This document shows positions 36,205 to 45,309 of a stretch of DNA of 64,000 nt, one piece after another. Position 1 is the stretch's first letter. Every line of letters begins with the position of its first letter. Under the pieces are notes generated by a model. That model saw only the letters and a list, made by a program, of their open reading frames with translations. It was not told where the DNA came from and searched no databases. The position numbers were made by a program, and so were the translations under genes. The stretch lies in the NCBI GenBank assembly GCA_963724325.1, contig CAVRUH010000007.1:138095-202094 (forward strand). The letters are read 5' to 3'. The stretch comes from Waddliaceae bacterium. Lineage in GTDB: Bacteria; Chlamydiota; Chlamydiia; Chlamydiales; Waddliaceae.

Positions 36205-37356
36205 ATGCATACAACTTTATTATCAGCAAGTCCTTTCACGGTTGCTTCATTTAACATGGGTGGAATTCCCATTAAAACAACCTATCATCCGGATTCAGCG
36301 ACAGTCACTAGCTACGACTATCTCATGTCTATTTCAAGCAATGTGGTTATGAGGGAGCGTTATGAAATAGAGCCTGAACAATTGCAGAAGCTTCTCCGAA
36401 TTCAAGACGTTGCCTTGCAACGTCTTTTCGGGGAAGGTCAACAGCTTGAATGGGCTGAGAGAGAATGGCAAGAGGCGGAGTATGAAAAATTACTTCCCCA
36501 ACTTACAAATCAAATCAAAAATGCTCCATGGTATAAGCGCAGCGGTGAGATCATAACGCCATTTATGGATGTTCAGCGCGCAGTGCTTTCTGGAAAAACA
36601 ATTGATATTAACATTATTGATGCAAAAGTTCGTGCGATTCTATGCGAATTTCTCGGTATCGAAGATTCTAGATTAATTCCAGGGGCCGATGTAGATGCCC
36701 TGCTCTTAGCAAAACGTGTTGATAATGCAAAACATATTTTTAATGGTGAACTCGCAGATAAGGATATTCTTTGCCTACTAGAATACAATGACTTCGTTGA
36801 TGCAAAGCCCTTATCGGATGAATATGAAATTCGTTGGCACTCAGAAACATTTGTTACCACGGCGATTGCCTGGAAAAAAGCTCGTTTTGAGTATGTTCAA
36901 AATGTGGGTGTAGGAAAGCTAGAACGTGCTTTTTCCGTTCTCTTGAGAGATAAAGAAACCCATAAATTAGTTGTTGTTGGAGCTTTGCATCCTGCTGGTT
37001 GCGACCCTTTTATGGGTGACGCTAGTTCAAAAAAAGGGGATGATAGTTTGGCGATTGCCTTATCTGAAATGGAAGATGTTCGTGCAGATATGATGGTCGT
37101 GGGTACCGATGCAAATGTGACTCCGACCCACCCACGCTTAAAGATGTTTTCGAATGCTGGCTATAAGATTGATCCTAAATACTTTTCTGCCACAGCTACA
37201 AACCCGATAGATTATGTTGATACAAAGATAGACTATATCGCAGTGAAAGGGGGGATTGTTCACAATCTTCCTATATCCGACAACATAGGTCTAAATAGTA
37301 TGAGAACGAACTTAGGCGATCATAAACCTGTGTCCGCTCGTGTTAGCTATCCTTAA
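36205..37356 (+). CDS. Endonuclease/exonuclease/phosphatase (EEP) family protein
   Basis: Start moved to MHTT (the track start at 36082 overlaps the HAD gene). FTVASFNMGG at the N-terminus, GTDANVTP, IDYIAV and C-terminal GDHKPVSARV, as in EEP/5-phosphatase folds. Confidence 0.6.
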   Translation: MHTTLLSASPFTVASFNMGGIPIKTTYHPDSATVTSYDYLMSISSNVVMRERYEIEPEQLQKLLRIQDVALQRLFGEGQQLEWAEREWQEAEYEKLLPQLTNQIKNAPWYKRSGEIITPFMDVQRAVLSGKTIDINIIDAKVRAILCEFLGIEDSRLIPGADVDALLLAKRVDNAKHIFNGELADKDILCLLEYNDFVDAKPLSDEYEIRWHSETFVTTAIAWKKARFEYVQNVGVGKLERAFSVLLRDKETHKLVVVGALHPAGCDPFMGDASSKKGDDSLAIALSEMEDVRADMMVVGTDANVTPTHPRLKMFSNAGYKIDPKYFSATATNPIDYVDTKIDYIAVKGGIVHNLPISDNIGLNSMRTNLGDHKPVSARVSYP

Positions 37357-37474
37357 GAAAGAAAGGATCTATTTTATATTGAATTCTCATTGACACCAAT
37401 TAAATAGTGGAAGAAAAAAAATTTAAAGTGATGGAAATCTTGATAAACTGAATTGCAAAAATAAGGGAGAAAAT

Positions 37475-37645
37475 ATGCCCTATAACGCAAAGATAAAAAA
37501 AGTAAAAATTGGAAGTATTGAGCTTCACACGGAGTACTTTGGAAATACGGCGAATCAAGCTTGTCTGCTCATCGCAGGGGCCATGGCTCCTTGTTATTTT
37601 TGGACTGATACTTTTTGCAATATTCTTGTTCAAAACGGCCTCGAT
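37475..37645 (+). pseudogene. Possible alpha/beta-hydrolase N-terminal remnant
   Basis: IELHTEYFGNTANQACLLIAGAMAPCYFWTDTFCNILVQNG resembles the start of an alpha/beta hydrolase. It is cut off where a half copy of the palindromic repeat begins, and the rest of the track ORF runs antisense to 37685-38371. Confidence 0.3.
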
Positions 37646-37668
37646 AATGCCAAGCCCGACCCTTTTTT
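37646..37668. repeat. Half copy of the palindromic repeat family
   Basis: AATGCCAAGCCCGACCCTTTTTT matches the right arm plus tail of the copies at 24938 and 38458. Confidence 0.6.
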
Positions 37669-37684
37669 GCCCTTTTTTTATATA

Positions 37685-38371
37685 TTAGTTGCCGTACCAA
37701 AAAAATACTTGGGTTCTAAATTCATAGGGGAAATTTGCATTTGCACCAGCATATTGATACAGGATGCCCGGAGAAGTGAAGTTTTGACTGAAGAAAAAGT
37801 TAAGAGATGGATTGTTTTTAACTGGATAAATAAAGACATCGCTTATAAGCCCGTGAGGCTTTATTGTTTTACCAATCTGAATGAGACGAGAACCTATCTT
37901 CATTCTTGAATAACCTGGTCTAACTGCAATTTGTTTGATATAACCTACAGCAGGATCAGATAGCCAATCATGAACATTTGAGAGATTAAGTCCGGTTTCA
38001 AATAGCCCTGTAAGGGCATCTTGATAAAATTTCTCAAATTCTGCGGCTTTTATGAGAATGATGTAACCAAGCAGTGTTTGATCCTGATAAATACAAATAA
38101 TCTGACCTTCTTTTTTTTCAAGGAGGGAAGCAACATATTCTGGAGTCATGGAAACTAATAGAAATCCAGTTTGTATAAATGGTTCAGGGATTTGTGAAGG
38201 ACAAACGATGAGAGATTTTTGAAGAGATAGTAGATCAGAAATAATTTTGTCATATGATGAATTGTTTCTATCAACAACTAAAGAGGTAGTAGAAAAATCT
38301 TGATTAATTTGGTTAGCTGATGCAGTTGTTAGATAAAATAATGAAATTAAAAGGAAAAAGTATCTGTTCAT
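37685..38371 (-). CDS. Exported GNAT-like acetyltransferase
   Basis: Signal MNRYFFLLISLFYLTTASA. GYIKQIAVRPGYSRMKIGSRLI resembles GNAT motif A. Confidence 0.5.
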   Translation of the reverse strand: MNRYFFLLISLFYLTTASANQINQDFSTTSLVVDRNNSSYDKIISDLLSLQKSLIVCPSQIPEPFIQTGFLLVSMTPEYVASLLEKKEGQIICIYQDQTLLGYIILIKAAEFEKFYQDALTGLFETGLNLSNVHDWLSDPAVGYIKQIAVRPGYSRMKIGSRLIQIGKTIKPHGLISDVFIYPVKNNPSLNFFFSQNFTSPGILYQYAGANANFPYEFRTQVFFWYGN

Positions 38372-38457
38372 CTTTTGGAATCCTTCGTAGGTAAAAGCAA
38401 ATTATAGTTCGATGAAGCAAATTTACTCCAGTCAAAAGTTTTGAAAATTCTATGATT

Positions 38458-38512
38458 AGGCTTGGCATTCGGACATTTGATCTGGATCAAATGTCCGAAT
38501 GCCAAGCCTGAC
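38458..38512. repeat. ~55-bp palindromic intergenic repeat, copy B
   Basis: AGGCTTGGCATTCGGACATTTGATC-TG-GATCAAATGTCCGAATGCCAAGCCTGACCC. Lies 40 bp downstream of the M3 peptidase stop. Confidence 0.85.
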
Positions 38513-38551
38513 CCTTTTTCCTGGACTATACTTCAATAGAAAGTAGTTAGA

Positions 38552-40666
38552 CTATTCACTGGAGATTCTTTTAAGATAAGTTTCGACTGTTGGAAATCTA
38601 CCTAAAAATTGAAATGCTTGGTCATTTGGGTTGAGGCCTCCTCCATGATCCAATACCAACTCACGAAATTTCAACCACATATTAGAAATTCCTCGTTTTT
38701 GTTGGTCGATTATATGGTCATATGAATCAAAAGCAAATACATCAGACCAAAAGTACACATAATATTTTGAGCGATAGAAGTGTTCAGCCAAGTGCAGGAA
38801 GGATGCTTCTTTGTTTATTTGTGGATCACATGCAATATTTGGTAGAAAATCTTTTTCTATTTCTTCTCTTAATAGTTTCGGATTTTCTACATTACTTAAA
38901 AAACACTTCAAAGAAAACATTGATAAATAAAAATATCTAGTGAATGTTATTCCAGATGTAGCATTTTTGGAATTAATTTTGGCATCTATTAATTCATCAG
39001 GAATAGGAAGGCTTGTTTCAAAATGTTCGCCAAATTTCTTTAGGTTTTCTTTTTCCCATATAAGAAACTCAAGCAGTCTTGATGGCCATTCTATGGCATC
39101 TCGTTGAATCATATGATAACCAGAACGAGAGGGCATTTCAGCAATACCCAATAATTGATGAAATGCATGCCCAAATTCATGCAATAAGAAGTCTAATTCA
39201 TCATGTCGAAGGATAGACTCTCTCATGTCACTAGGAGGTGTAAAATTTACTAAAAGCAGCACAATTGCCGGATTAACATCGCCGGATGGTAAACGACAAG
39301 GGGATAGAATATCAACACAATAGCCGTGAGGAAATTTTCCTTCTCGTGGAAAAGGATCGAGAATGATATGGCCCGCAATTCTTCCTTTATTAACTTTGTC
39401 TTTAACGACTAAAATCCAACCAGGAGTATTCCATAGGCCTTTATTTTCTGTATCAATGATTTCGATCTCTAAAGAAAAAATTTCTTCAAACATTATCATT
39501 AGCTTTTTTAGAGTTCTTTCAAAAGGAAAATATTGCTGCAAAGCGATTTCATTTACGTTGTAATGCTTTTTTTTGTAATCCTCTTGCAAATACATGAGGT
39601 CCCAAGGTTTGATACAGTTATTTTCATCTAAGCTGAACCCATCAGGAAGCTCTTTTGTAAGCTGTTCAATTTCAGATTTATACTTGCCCTGAATACCATC
39701 TTTAAGTGAAAGAATAAACTTTTCAACAGCCTCTGGTGTTTGAGCGAGCTGATCAGAAATATCTAAATGAGCAAAGCTTGCATAACCTATCAAATTTGCG
39801 AGCCTGTTTCTCTTTTGAATAAGCTCTTTCAAAATAGGGACATTTTTTTCAGCAGCGCGACTTTCAAATGCTCGATAAAGAGATTGCCTTGTCTTTTCTA
39901 CTTTGCAATAGCGCATAACAGGAAAATAATGAGGATATTGGCAGGTAATTTTTTTTAAAAAGGTATTTTCTTTTATGAATGTGTTCATAGTGCTTTCAGG
40001 AACGCCTAATAATTCTTCATCACTAACCAAGATAAATGATTGATCTTCATCAATATTTTTCAAAAAGGAGCTCTCTAAACGACTGATATCTGTTTTCAGA
40101 GCTTGAACTTGCAAATATTCATTTTCTTCGAGATGCAAACCCTCCGCTCGCAGAGATTGCATCTTCCAGTTCATGTAATCCTCTTTCTCTTTTGATAAAG
40201 AGACCCCATGTTTTTCTATATTTTGGCATGCTTCGTTATACATGTTATATACAGACTTGCTGGAAAACAGATTTAAAGAAAATTCAATAAGTTGATCTTT
40301 GCAGACAGTTCCCTCATTTCGAAAGGAGGAGTCCGGATGAGTTTTTGATATGGATTCAATTGTGCGTCTTCTAGAATAAATTAATGTTTCTGCAGCATCA
40401 AGAGCATAAAAGGTGTTATTGAAATCTTTCAGATCCGGAGGGATTGTACTGACTAAATGAAGACTGAATTCCACTTCGTTCTGAGCTTTTTGAACATAAT
40501 TGGACAATTCACTGCTATTTTGAGGAAAGAATTGAAGCACTGCACTTAAGTTATCTACAGTTAAGGTCTGTAATGGGTGAGTTTGTGGAAATAACTGGCT
40601 AAATAAAATATCTACTTCAGTGTTTTTTTGAGCAAACTGTTTGAGATTTTCATTTTCTTTATTCAT
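38552..40666 (-). CDS. M3-family zinc metallopeptidase (oligopeptidase A/thimet-like)
   Basis: 704 aa. LLHEFGHAFHQLLG (HEXXH in M3 context). Confidence 0.9.
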   Translation of the reverse strand: MNKENENLKQFAQKNTEVDILFSQLFPQTHPLQTLTVDNLSAVLQFFPQNSSELSNYVQKAQNEVEFSLHLVSTIPPDLKDFNNTFYALDAAETLIYSRRRTIESISKTHPDSSFRNEGTVCKDQLIEFSLNLFSSKSVYNMYNEACQNIEKHGVSLSKEKEDYMNWKMQSLRAEGLHLEENEYLQVQALKTDISRLESSFLKNIDEDQSFILVSDEELLGVPESTMNTFIKENTFLKKITCQYPHYFPVMRYCKVEKTRQSLYRAFESRAAEKNVPILKELIQKRNRLANLIGYASFAHLDISDQLAQTPEAVEKFILSLKDGIQGKYKSEIEQLTKELPDGFSLDENNCIKPWDLMYLQEDYKKKHYNVNEIALQQYFPFERTLKKLMIMFEEIFSLEIEIIDTENKGLWNTPGWILVVKDKVNKGRIAGHIILDPFPREGKFPHGYCVDILSPCRLPSGDVNPAIVLLLVNFTPPSDMRESILRHDELDFLLHEFGHAFHQLLGIAEMPSRSGYHMIQRDAIEWPSRLLEFLIWEKENLKKFGEHFETSLPIPDELIDAKINSKNATSGITFTRYFYLSMFSLKCFLSNVENPKLLREEIEKDFLPNIACDPQINKEASFLHLAEHFYRSKYYVYFWSDVFAFDSYDHIIDQQKRGISNMWLKFRELVLDHGGGLNPNDQAFQFLGRFPTVETYLKRISSE

Positions 40667-40690
40667 GACGTCGTAGACTCCTCTGAAGTT

Positions 40691-40795
40691 CTATGGCTGC
40701 AAAATCGAGTTGGATTTCGATCGACTATTATCATGAGACCTTCTCATGATTTTCGTAATCATTGTATCAAAAAAGTGAATTACATGTCAAAAAAA
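40691..40795 (-). promoter_or_regulatory. Promoter plus ~90-nt leader cassette, copy 1 (upstream of the M3 peptidase gene)
   Basis: Minus strand: TTGACA (40790-40785), 18 nt, TACAAT (40766-40761), then a leader with the palindrome CATGAGA-AGG-TCTCATG. About 105 bp homologous to 42758-42860. Confidence 0.55.
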
Positions 40796-40947
40796 GGGTC
40801 ATGAGGGCTTCCTGACTGCTTTTTTTCTTAATGGTCGGATTATTTATTGAACAGTCTTTTAAACCCCTTTTCGCAGTCGAATTTGTTGATGGAGGGCAAT
40901 CTCTAAGTGCGAACCTAGCGTTTGGCTTTTTAAAGTGTAATTATTTT

Positions 40948-41158
40948 ATCCCGTAGGGATATTTTTCAATAATAGCCCATGATGTAGCTCCGTTAGGTGC
41001 AAATCGTGGGTACTTGCGAATACTGCCCTAGCCGCGTAGCGGCGATTAAATTTTATGCTATCGCCGCTACGCGGCTAGATATATTTTTTGTCGCACCCAT
41101 GATTTGCGCCTAACAGCGCTACATCATGGGCTATTATTGAAAAATATCCCTACGGGAT
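40948..41158. repeat. 211-bp nested imperfect palindrome (MITE-like or structured element)
   Basis: Outer arms are 41 nt perfect (ATCCCGTAGGGATATTTTTCAATAATAGCCCATGATGTAGC), followed by ~22 nt with 4 mismatches. After an asymmetric bulge comes an inner perfect 19-bp stem, CTAGCCGCGTAGCGGCGAT, with a 13-nt loop. Confidence 0.85.
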
Positions 41159-41214
41159 ACAGGAATTATGATCTAAAAGGGTGACAAATTCTGCTTGCTA
41201 TTGCCCAAGGAGAG

Positions 41215-42726
41215 TCATTTAGACGTGCTTTTATCATTTATCAAAGCAAGAAAGAAATCAAAAATTTCTTTTTGCTTATGTTGGATCGCCACGAGTGCTA
41301 AATTTTCTATTAGTTCCTCAGAAAGAGAAAAATGCTGGCTGTATAGTTTTAAAATTTCTAAACGCCCACTCTCAACGCATTTATATAAATCCTTTTCAGT
41401 GAACTGATTTTCATTTTTCAATAAAATCGCTGCAATTTTAATCGCATTATTCTCAATAATTTTTTCTGTCAAGCCAGACATTGAATATTTATTTACAAAC
41501 TGCTCAAATAATTCGCTAATATCTTTTTCAATAATCATTTCAACAGCTTTCTGGTCTAACAGGCCAGCTTCAATCAAAAGGGTTGCAGCATCATATTTGT
41601 TTGCCTTGATTGCTGCGTAAAGATCTGTACAATCACCCAATCCCTTCTCTAATAAGTTGTTAAGCACATCTATACGATCATAAAGAATAGCATCCTTCAA
41701 ATATAATTGAGAAGGGAATTGAGCGATTAAAATATCTACAAATTCAGAATTCGAATGTTCTAAGGCGGTACCGAATAATGTCTTACTCGTTTGCGCATTT
41801 TTATTTTCTGGATTTGCTCCATAAGCCAAAAGAGTTTCGAATCCTTCAACATCGTTAGCTTGCATTGCTTGAAACAGTAATGTTCCTTCCTGTGGATTTT
41901 TACCATAAATTCTGAAAACACGTACGACCTCATCAGATATATTTTCTATTGAAATTGAAGTATTTGACCTAGCTAGTTTATGCGCAATTATCTTTTTTAA
42001 TACGTCATCACTGCCCCAGGCAGCAGCAGTTTCTATGGCATCTACATGTATGCTATTTGGTATTTGAATTTTCATTATAGTTGGATTGGTTGAAGTTTCT
42101 GAATACGTTTGTGTTAAGTCCACATTTTTTTCTAACAAAATTTCTAAAGGTTCTGAATTTGACGCTAGAATTGCCCAGTATAAAGGTGTCGTCGTTCTTA
42201 ATTTAAGTGGAAATCGATTAATTTCCTTTACCCATTCATCTATAGTATAATAAGAATATCCTCCGATTGAAAGTTCTTTAGTCCATGAATCAATATATGG
42301 TCCCTCAAGTTCTTTGCGTCGAATATTGATATCATTCTCTGAAATACTATGCAGAATTTTTATAGCCAAAGCTGGTTGATCTTTCATAAGCGATAATTCT
42401 AAAGCACTAAACCCGTCCTCAAATCCATAATCATAATGGTAGCATAATCTTATATCACTACTTGGGCAGAATAATACTTTAATCTTTACATCAGGAGTTT
42501 TAAGTTGAACTGTATCACTATAGTTATTCAAAAGCCATTCTGCGGCTTCAAAGTGATTATTAAATAGGGCATAATGAAGTGCTGGCCAATTTCTGTTATT
42601 ATTCATAGAATCGTAAATATTTTGTCCCAATTCTGTAGGGATTTGTTTACTTGTCTCGGCAAACACTGTTACATTCATATTCAAGCAAAAAACTATAAAA
42701 ATTGAGAGTAATAATCTATTTATCAT
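41215..42726 (-). CDS. Exported ankyrin-repeat protein
   Basis: 503 aa with a signal peptide. Multiple ANK-like units (ALHYALFNNHFEAAEWLL, TPLYWAILASNSEPLEILLEKNVDL, TLLFQAMQANDVEGFETLLAYGANPENKN). Confidence 0.85.
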   Translation of the reverse strand: MINRLLLSIFIVFCLNMNVTVFAETSKQIPTELGQNIYDSMNNNRNWPALHYALFNNHFEAAEWLLNNYSDTVQLKTPDVKIKVLFCPSSDIRLCYHYDYGFEDGFSALELSLMKDQPALAIKILHSISENDINIRRKELEGPYIDSWTKELSIGGYSYYTIDEWVKEINRFPLKLRTTTPLYWAILASNSEPLEILLEKNVDLTQTYSETSTNPTIMKIQIPNSIHVDAIETAAAWGSDDVLKKIIAHKLARSNTSISIENISDEVVRVFRIYGKNPQEGTLLFQAMQANDVEGFETLLAYGANPENKNAQTSKTLFGTALEHSNSEFVDILIAQFPSQLYLKDAILYDRIDVLNNLLEKGLGDCTDLYAAIKANKYDAATLLIEAGLLDQKAVEMIIEKDISELFEQFVNKYSMSGLTEKIIENNAIKIAAILLKNENQFTEKDLYKCVESGRLEILKLYSQHFSLSEELIENLALVAIQHKQKEIFDFFLALINDKSTSK

Positions 42727-42757
42727 TATAATTCCTTATATTAAAGAGTTATTATAA

Positions 42758-42860
42758 CTATGGCTACAAAATCGGATTGGATTCTGATCGGTCTTCATGA
42801 GACTTTCTCATGTTATTTTACACTATTCTATCAAAAAAATGAATTATATGTCAATAAAAA
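42758..42860 (-). promoter_or_regulatory. Promoter plus leader cassette, copy 2 (upstream of the ankyrin gene)
   Basis: Minus strand: TTGACA (42854-42849), 18 nt, TAGAAT (42830-42825), then a leader with CATGAGA-AAG-TCTCATG. Homologous to 40691-40795. Confidence 0.55.
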
Positions 42861-42924
42861 ATTATATAATATATGCACTCAATATCATTTAGACATTTCT
42901 ATTTAAAATGATAAATAGGAATCA

Positions 42925-42975
42925 GGCCTTGCATCCGGACACTTGAGTAGATCAAACGCCCGAATGCCAAACCCG
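42925..42975. repeat. Palindromic intergenic repeat, degenerate copy C
   Basis: GGCCTTGCATCCGGACACTTGAGTAGATCAAACGCCCGAATGCCAAACCC followed by GAGCCCTATTTTTTT. Confidence 0.65.
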
Positions 42976-43236
42976 AGCCCTATTTTTTTATGCCTGATCC
43001 CATTTCTCGAACCCTAATATTCTAATGAAAGGGACTATTAAATCTCTTTCATGGCTCTTTATATTAATGCACAATTACCACTTGGCCACTAAGAGCCAAT
43101 AATAAATATATCACCAATATAAATAATATGATTCCAAAGGGATTATATCCCCAGCCTCGGCTGTATGGCCAGGCTGGAAAGGAACCAAACAACAATAATA
43201 TTAAGAGAATTAACAATATGAGTTCCATACTTCCTC

Positions 43237-43479
43237 CTAAATTTCTTTTTCTTCTTCATTTTCTTCATTATCTTCTGTATCAGCAAAAGAATCTTCAAAT
43301 GTTTTTAATTCTTTTTCTGCTTTGTCCTTTTCATATCCATATCTCTTTTGCAACTTCCCAAGCAACTGATCTCGTTTACCACTTATTTGTGTAAGGTCAT
43401 CATCAGTCAATTTTCCCCATTTTTCTTTCACCTTTCCTACCATTTCATTCCATCTACCTTTAAAAGTTTGCGTATTCAT
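43237..43479 (-). CDS. CsbD-family stress protein
   Basis: FKGRWNEMVGKVKEKWGKLTDDDLTQISGKRDQLLGKLQKRYGY is the CsbD signature. Confidence 0.85.
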   Translation of the reverse strand: MNTQTFKGRWNEMVGKVKEKWGKLTDDDLTQISGKRDQLLGKLQKRYGYEKDKAEKELKTFEDSFADTEDNEENEEEKEI

Positions 43480-43512
43480 AGCATACCTCCTGATTAATAT
43501 TTATTTAAAAAA

Positions 43513-44199
43513 TCAAGCTGCCATAGCAACTTCTTCTTTTTCTTCTACTTTGTAAGCGATTTTATTTACACCAGTTGTAAATATAGTGCCCTCCGCTATT
43601 TTTGTGAGGGTTTTATCAGCGTTCGCTTCTTCATCCAAAGTTTCTTTTAATAAATCAGAAACTTGTTCCAATCCTAATTGAATTGCATGGGATCTGGCTG
43701 TGCCATAGCCAGCCATTTCATAATGTTCAACCCTTTGTGCAATTCCTATAATGAATGCATCTCGAAGTTCAGCATCCATTTGCTCATTTAGCAATTCTGA
43801 GCCTTCTTTTAAAATACCTTCCATACCTTTACAGGTTTTTGAAACAGGTTTTTCACCAATAATGGAAAATACTTTTTTTAATCTAATTACTTGATTTTTT
43901 GTTTCTTTCAGATGTGTTTTCAGAGCTTCTTTCAATTTTTCATTTTTTAATGCGTGAATGATAATTGGCAATGCAACGACCATTTGATTTTCTGCACTTA
44001 AAAGATCAGAGATCTCGTCAGAAAAAAGAGCCTTAAAGTCATTGTGCTTTGAATTGTTTTTTGAGTGATTATTTTTTGGAGAACTATTAGTTTTTTCATT
44101 CTTTAAGGAATTAGATTTAATCTTCTTATGAAAAGCTTTTACCTTTTCCATAATTACCTCCTTCCTTTTTTTATCTATCTTCTTAGGGAGTTTCCTCAT
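43513..44199 (-). CDS. YciE/DUF892 ferritin-like stress protein with a Lys-rich N-terminal extension
   Basis: LLSAENQMVVALPIIIHA...HLKETKNQVIRLKKVF...QRVEHYEMAGYGTARSHA...LDEEANADKTLTKIAEG. Confidence 0.8.
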   Translation of the reverse strand: MRKLPKKIDKKRKEVIMEKVKAFHKKIKSNSLKNEKTNSSPKNNHSKNNSKHNDFKALFSDEISDLLSAENQMVVALPIIIHALKNEKLKEALKTHLKETKNQVIRLKKVFSIIGEKPVSKTCKGMEGILKEGSELLNEQMDAELRDAFIIGIAQRVEHYEMAGYGTARSHAIQLGLEQVSDLLKETLDEEANADKTLTKIAEGTIFTTGVNKIAYKVEEKEEVAMAA

Positions 44200-44390
44200 T
44201 CCTCCCTAATTCCACAATGCACATTTTCGAATATTTTGTCAAATAATTTTTTATATTTAATTTGTTAAAATACTTATTGTAAGTAACTTAAGTAAAATCA
44301 TATTAAATAATAAGTGAAAAATAATTGATATAAAGTATTAGAAAAAGTATGAGTAAATTATAAGGTAAAAAATTATGCATAGGTGTAGTT

Positions 44391-44900
44391 ATGGCAAAGG
44401 TTGCTGTTATCATTGATGAGGACTTTGAAGATAGTGAATACACAAAGCCTGTAAAAGCTTTAAAAGATGCAGGGCATGAAATTATTCATGTCGGGCTAAA
44501 AAAGGGAAAAAGGCTTGAAGGAAAAAAGGAAGGGACTAAAGTCACTGTAGATATTTCTGTAATGGATGCTTCAGCTAATGATTTTGATGCACTTTTCATT
44601 CCTGGGGGATATTCACCTGATCATGTACGAGTTGATAAAAAGGCTGTAGAATTTACTAAGGAATTCATGGATAAGGACAAACCAGTATTCTCAATATGCC
44701 ATGGAGTTCAATTGCTTATTACAGCTCAAGTATTAAAAAATCGGAAAGTTACAGGTTGGAAATCTCTTGAGCAAGATATAAAAAATTCTGGGGCGATATA
44801 CCAGGATAAGGAATTAGTTGAAGATGGTAATCTGATTAGTAGTCGGCAACCGGATGATTTACCTGTATTTTCGAAAGCAATTGTAAAAGCATTAAAATAA
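44391..44900 (+). CDS. DJ-1/PfpI-family protein
   Basis: FDALFIPGGYSPDHVR...KPVFSICHGVQLL (Cys-His nucleophile elbow). Confidence 0.85.
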   Translation: MAKVAVIIDEDFEDSEYTKPVKALKDAGHEIIHVGLKKGKRLEGKKEGTKVTVDISVMDASANDFDALFIPGGYSPDHVRVDKKAVEFTKEFMDKDKPVFSICHGVQLLITAQVLKNRKVTGWKSLEQDIKNSGAIYQDKELVEDGNLISSRQPDDLPVFSKAIVKALK

Positions 44901-44911
44901 AAAGGTGTTTT

Positions 44912-45064
44912 ATGCTTCGAAAACTTAAGTCAGGTCAGTATCGTTTATATTCTCGAAAAAAAAATCCTAATACTGGCAAAAGGCGTAATCTCGGAACTTT
45001 TAGTACACGTGAAGCTGCCTTAAAGCATGAGCGTGAAGTCCAATATTTTAAAAAACATCATTAG
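44912..45064 (+). CDS. Small basic protein (50 aa)
   Basis: MLRKLKSGQYRLYSRKKNPNTGKRRNLGTFSTREAALKHEREVQYFKKHH. Lies 11 nt after the PfpI stop. The pattern recalls small conserved proteins seen in stress clusters. Not in the ORF track because it is under 60 aa. Confidence 0.4.
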   Translation: MLRKLKSGQYRLYSRKKNPNTGKRRNLGTFSTREAALKHEREVQYFKKHH

Positions 45065-45309
45065 AATTTCTACATTCATGTTCTAGATCTTTTTTAAATA
45101 AAATTGAATTCTTTTATTTACTCTAGGCGTATACAAAAAAATGATCTTAAGTTTTTAATTTTAAAATAATTATATTAATTTTTATAAAATTTGATCTTAA
45201 GTTATTAAGTTCAAAATAATTATATTTTTTTTAAAAAAAAAATTGATGAAAAATACTGACTAAATGTATAAGAAAAATTGCCTGTAAACAACCAAAAAAG
45301 GAGGGTGAA

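Noticed and set aside
37646-37909. C-terminal two thirds of ORF 37475-37909
   Set aside because: It runs antisense to the better-supported GNAT-like gene 37685-38371 and starts after a repeat half-copy. Only the first ~55 codons look protein-like.
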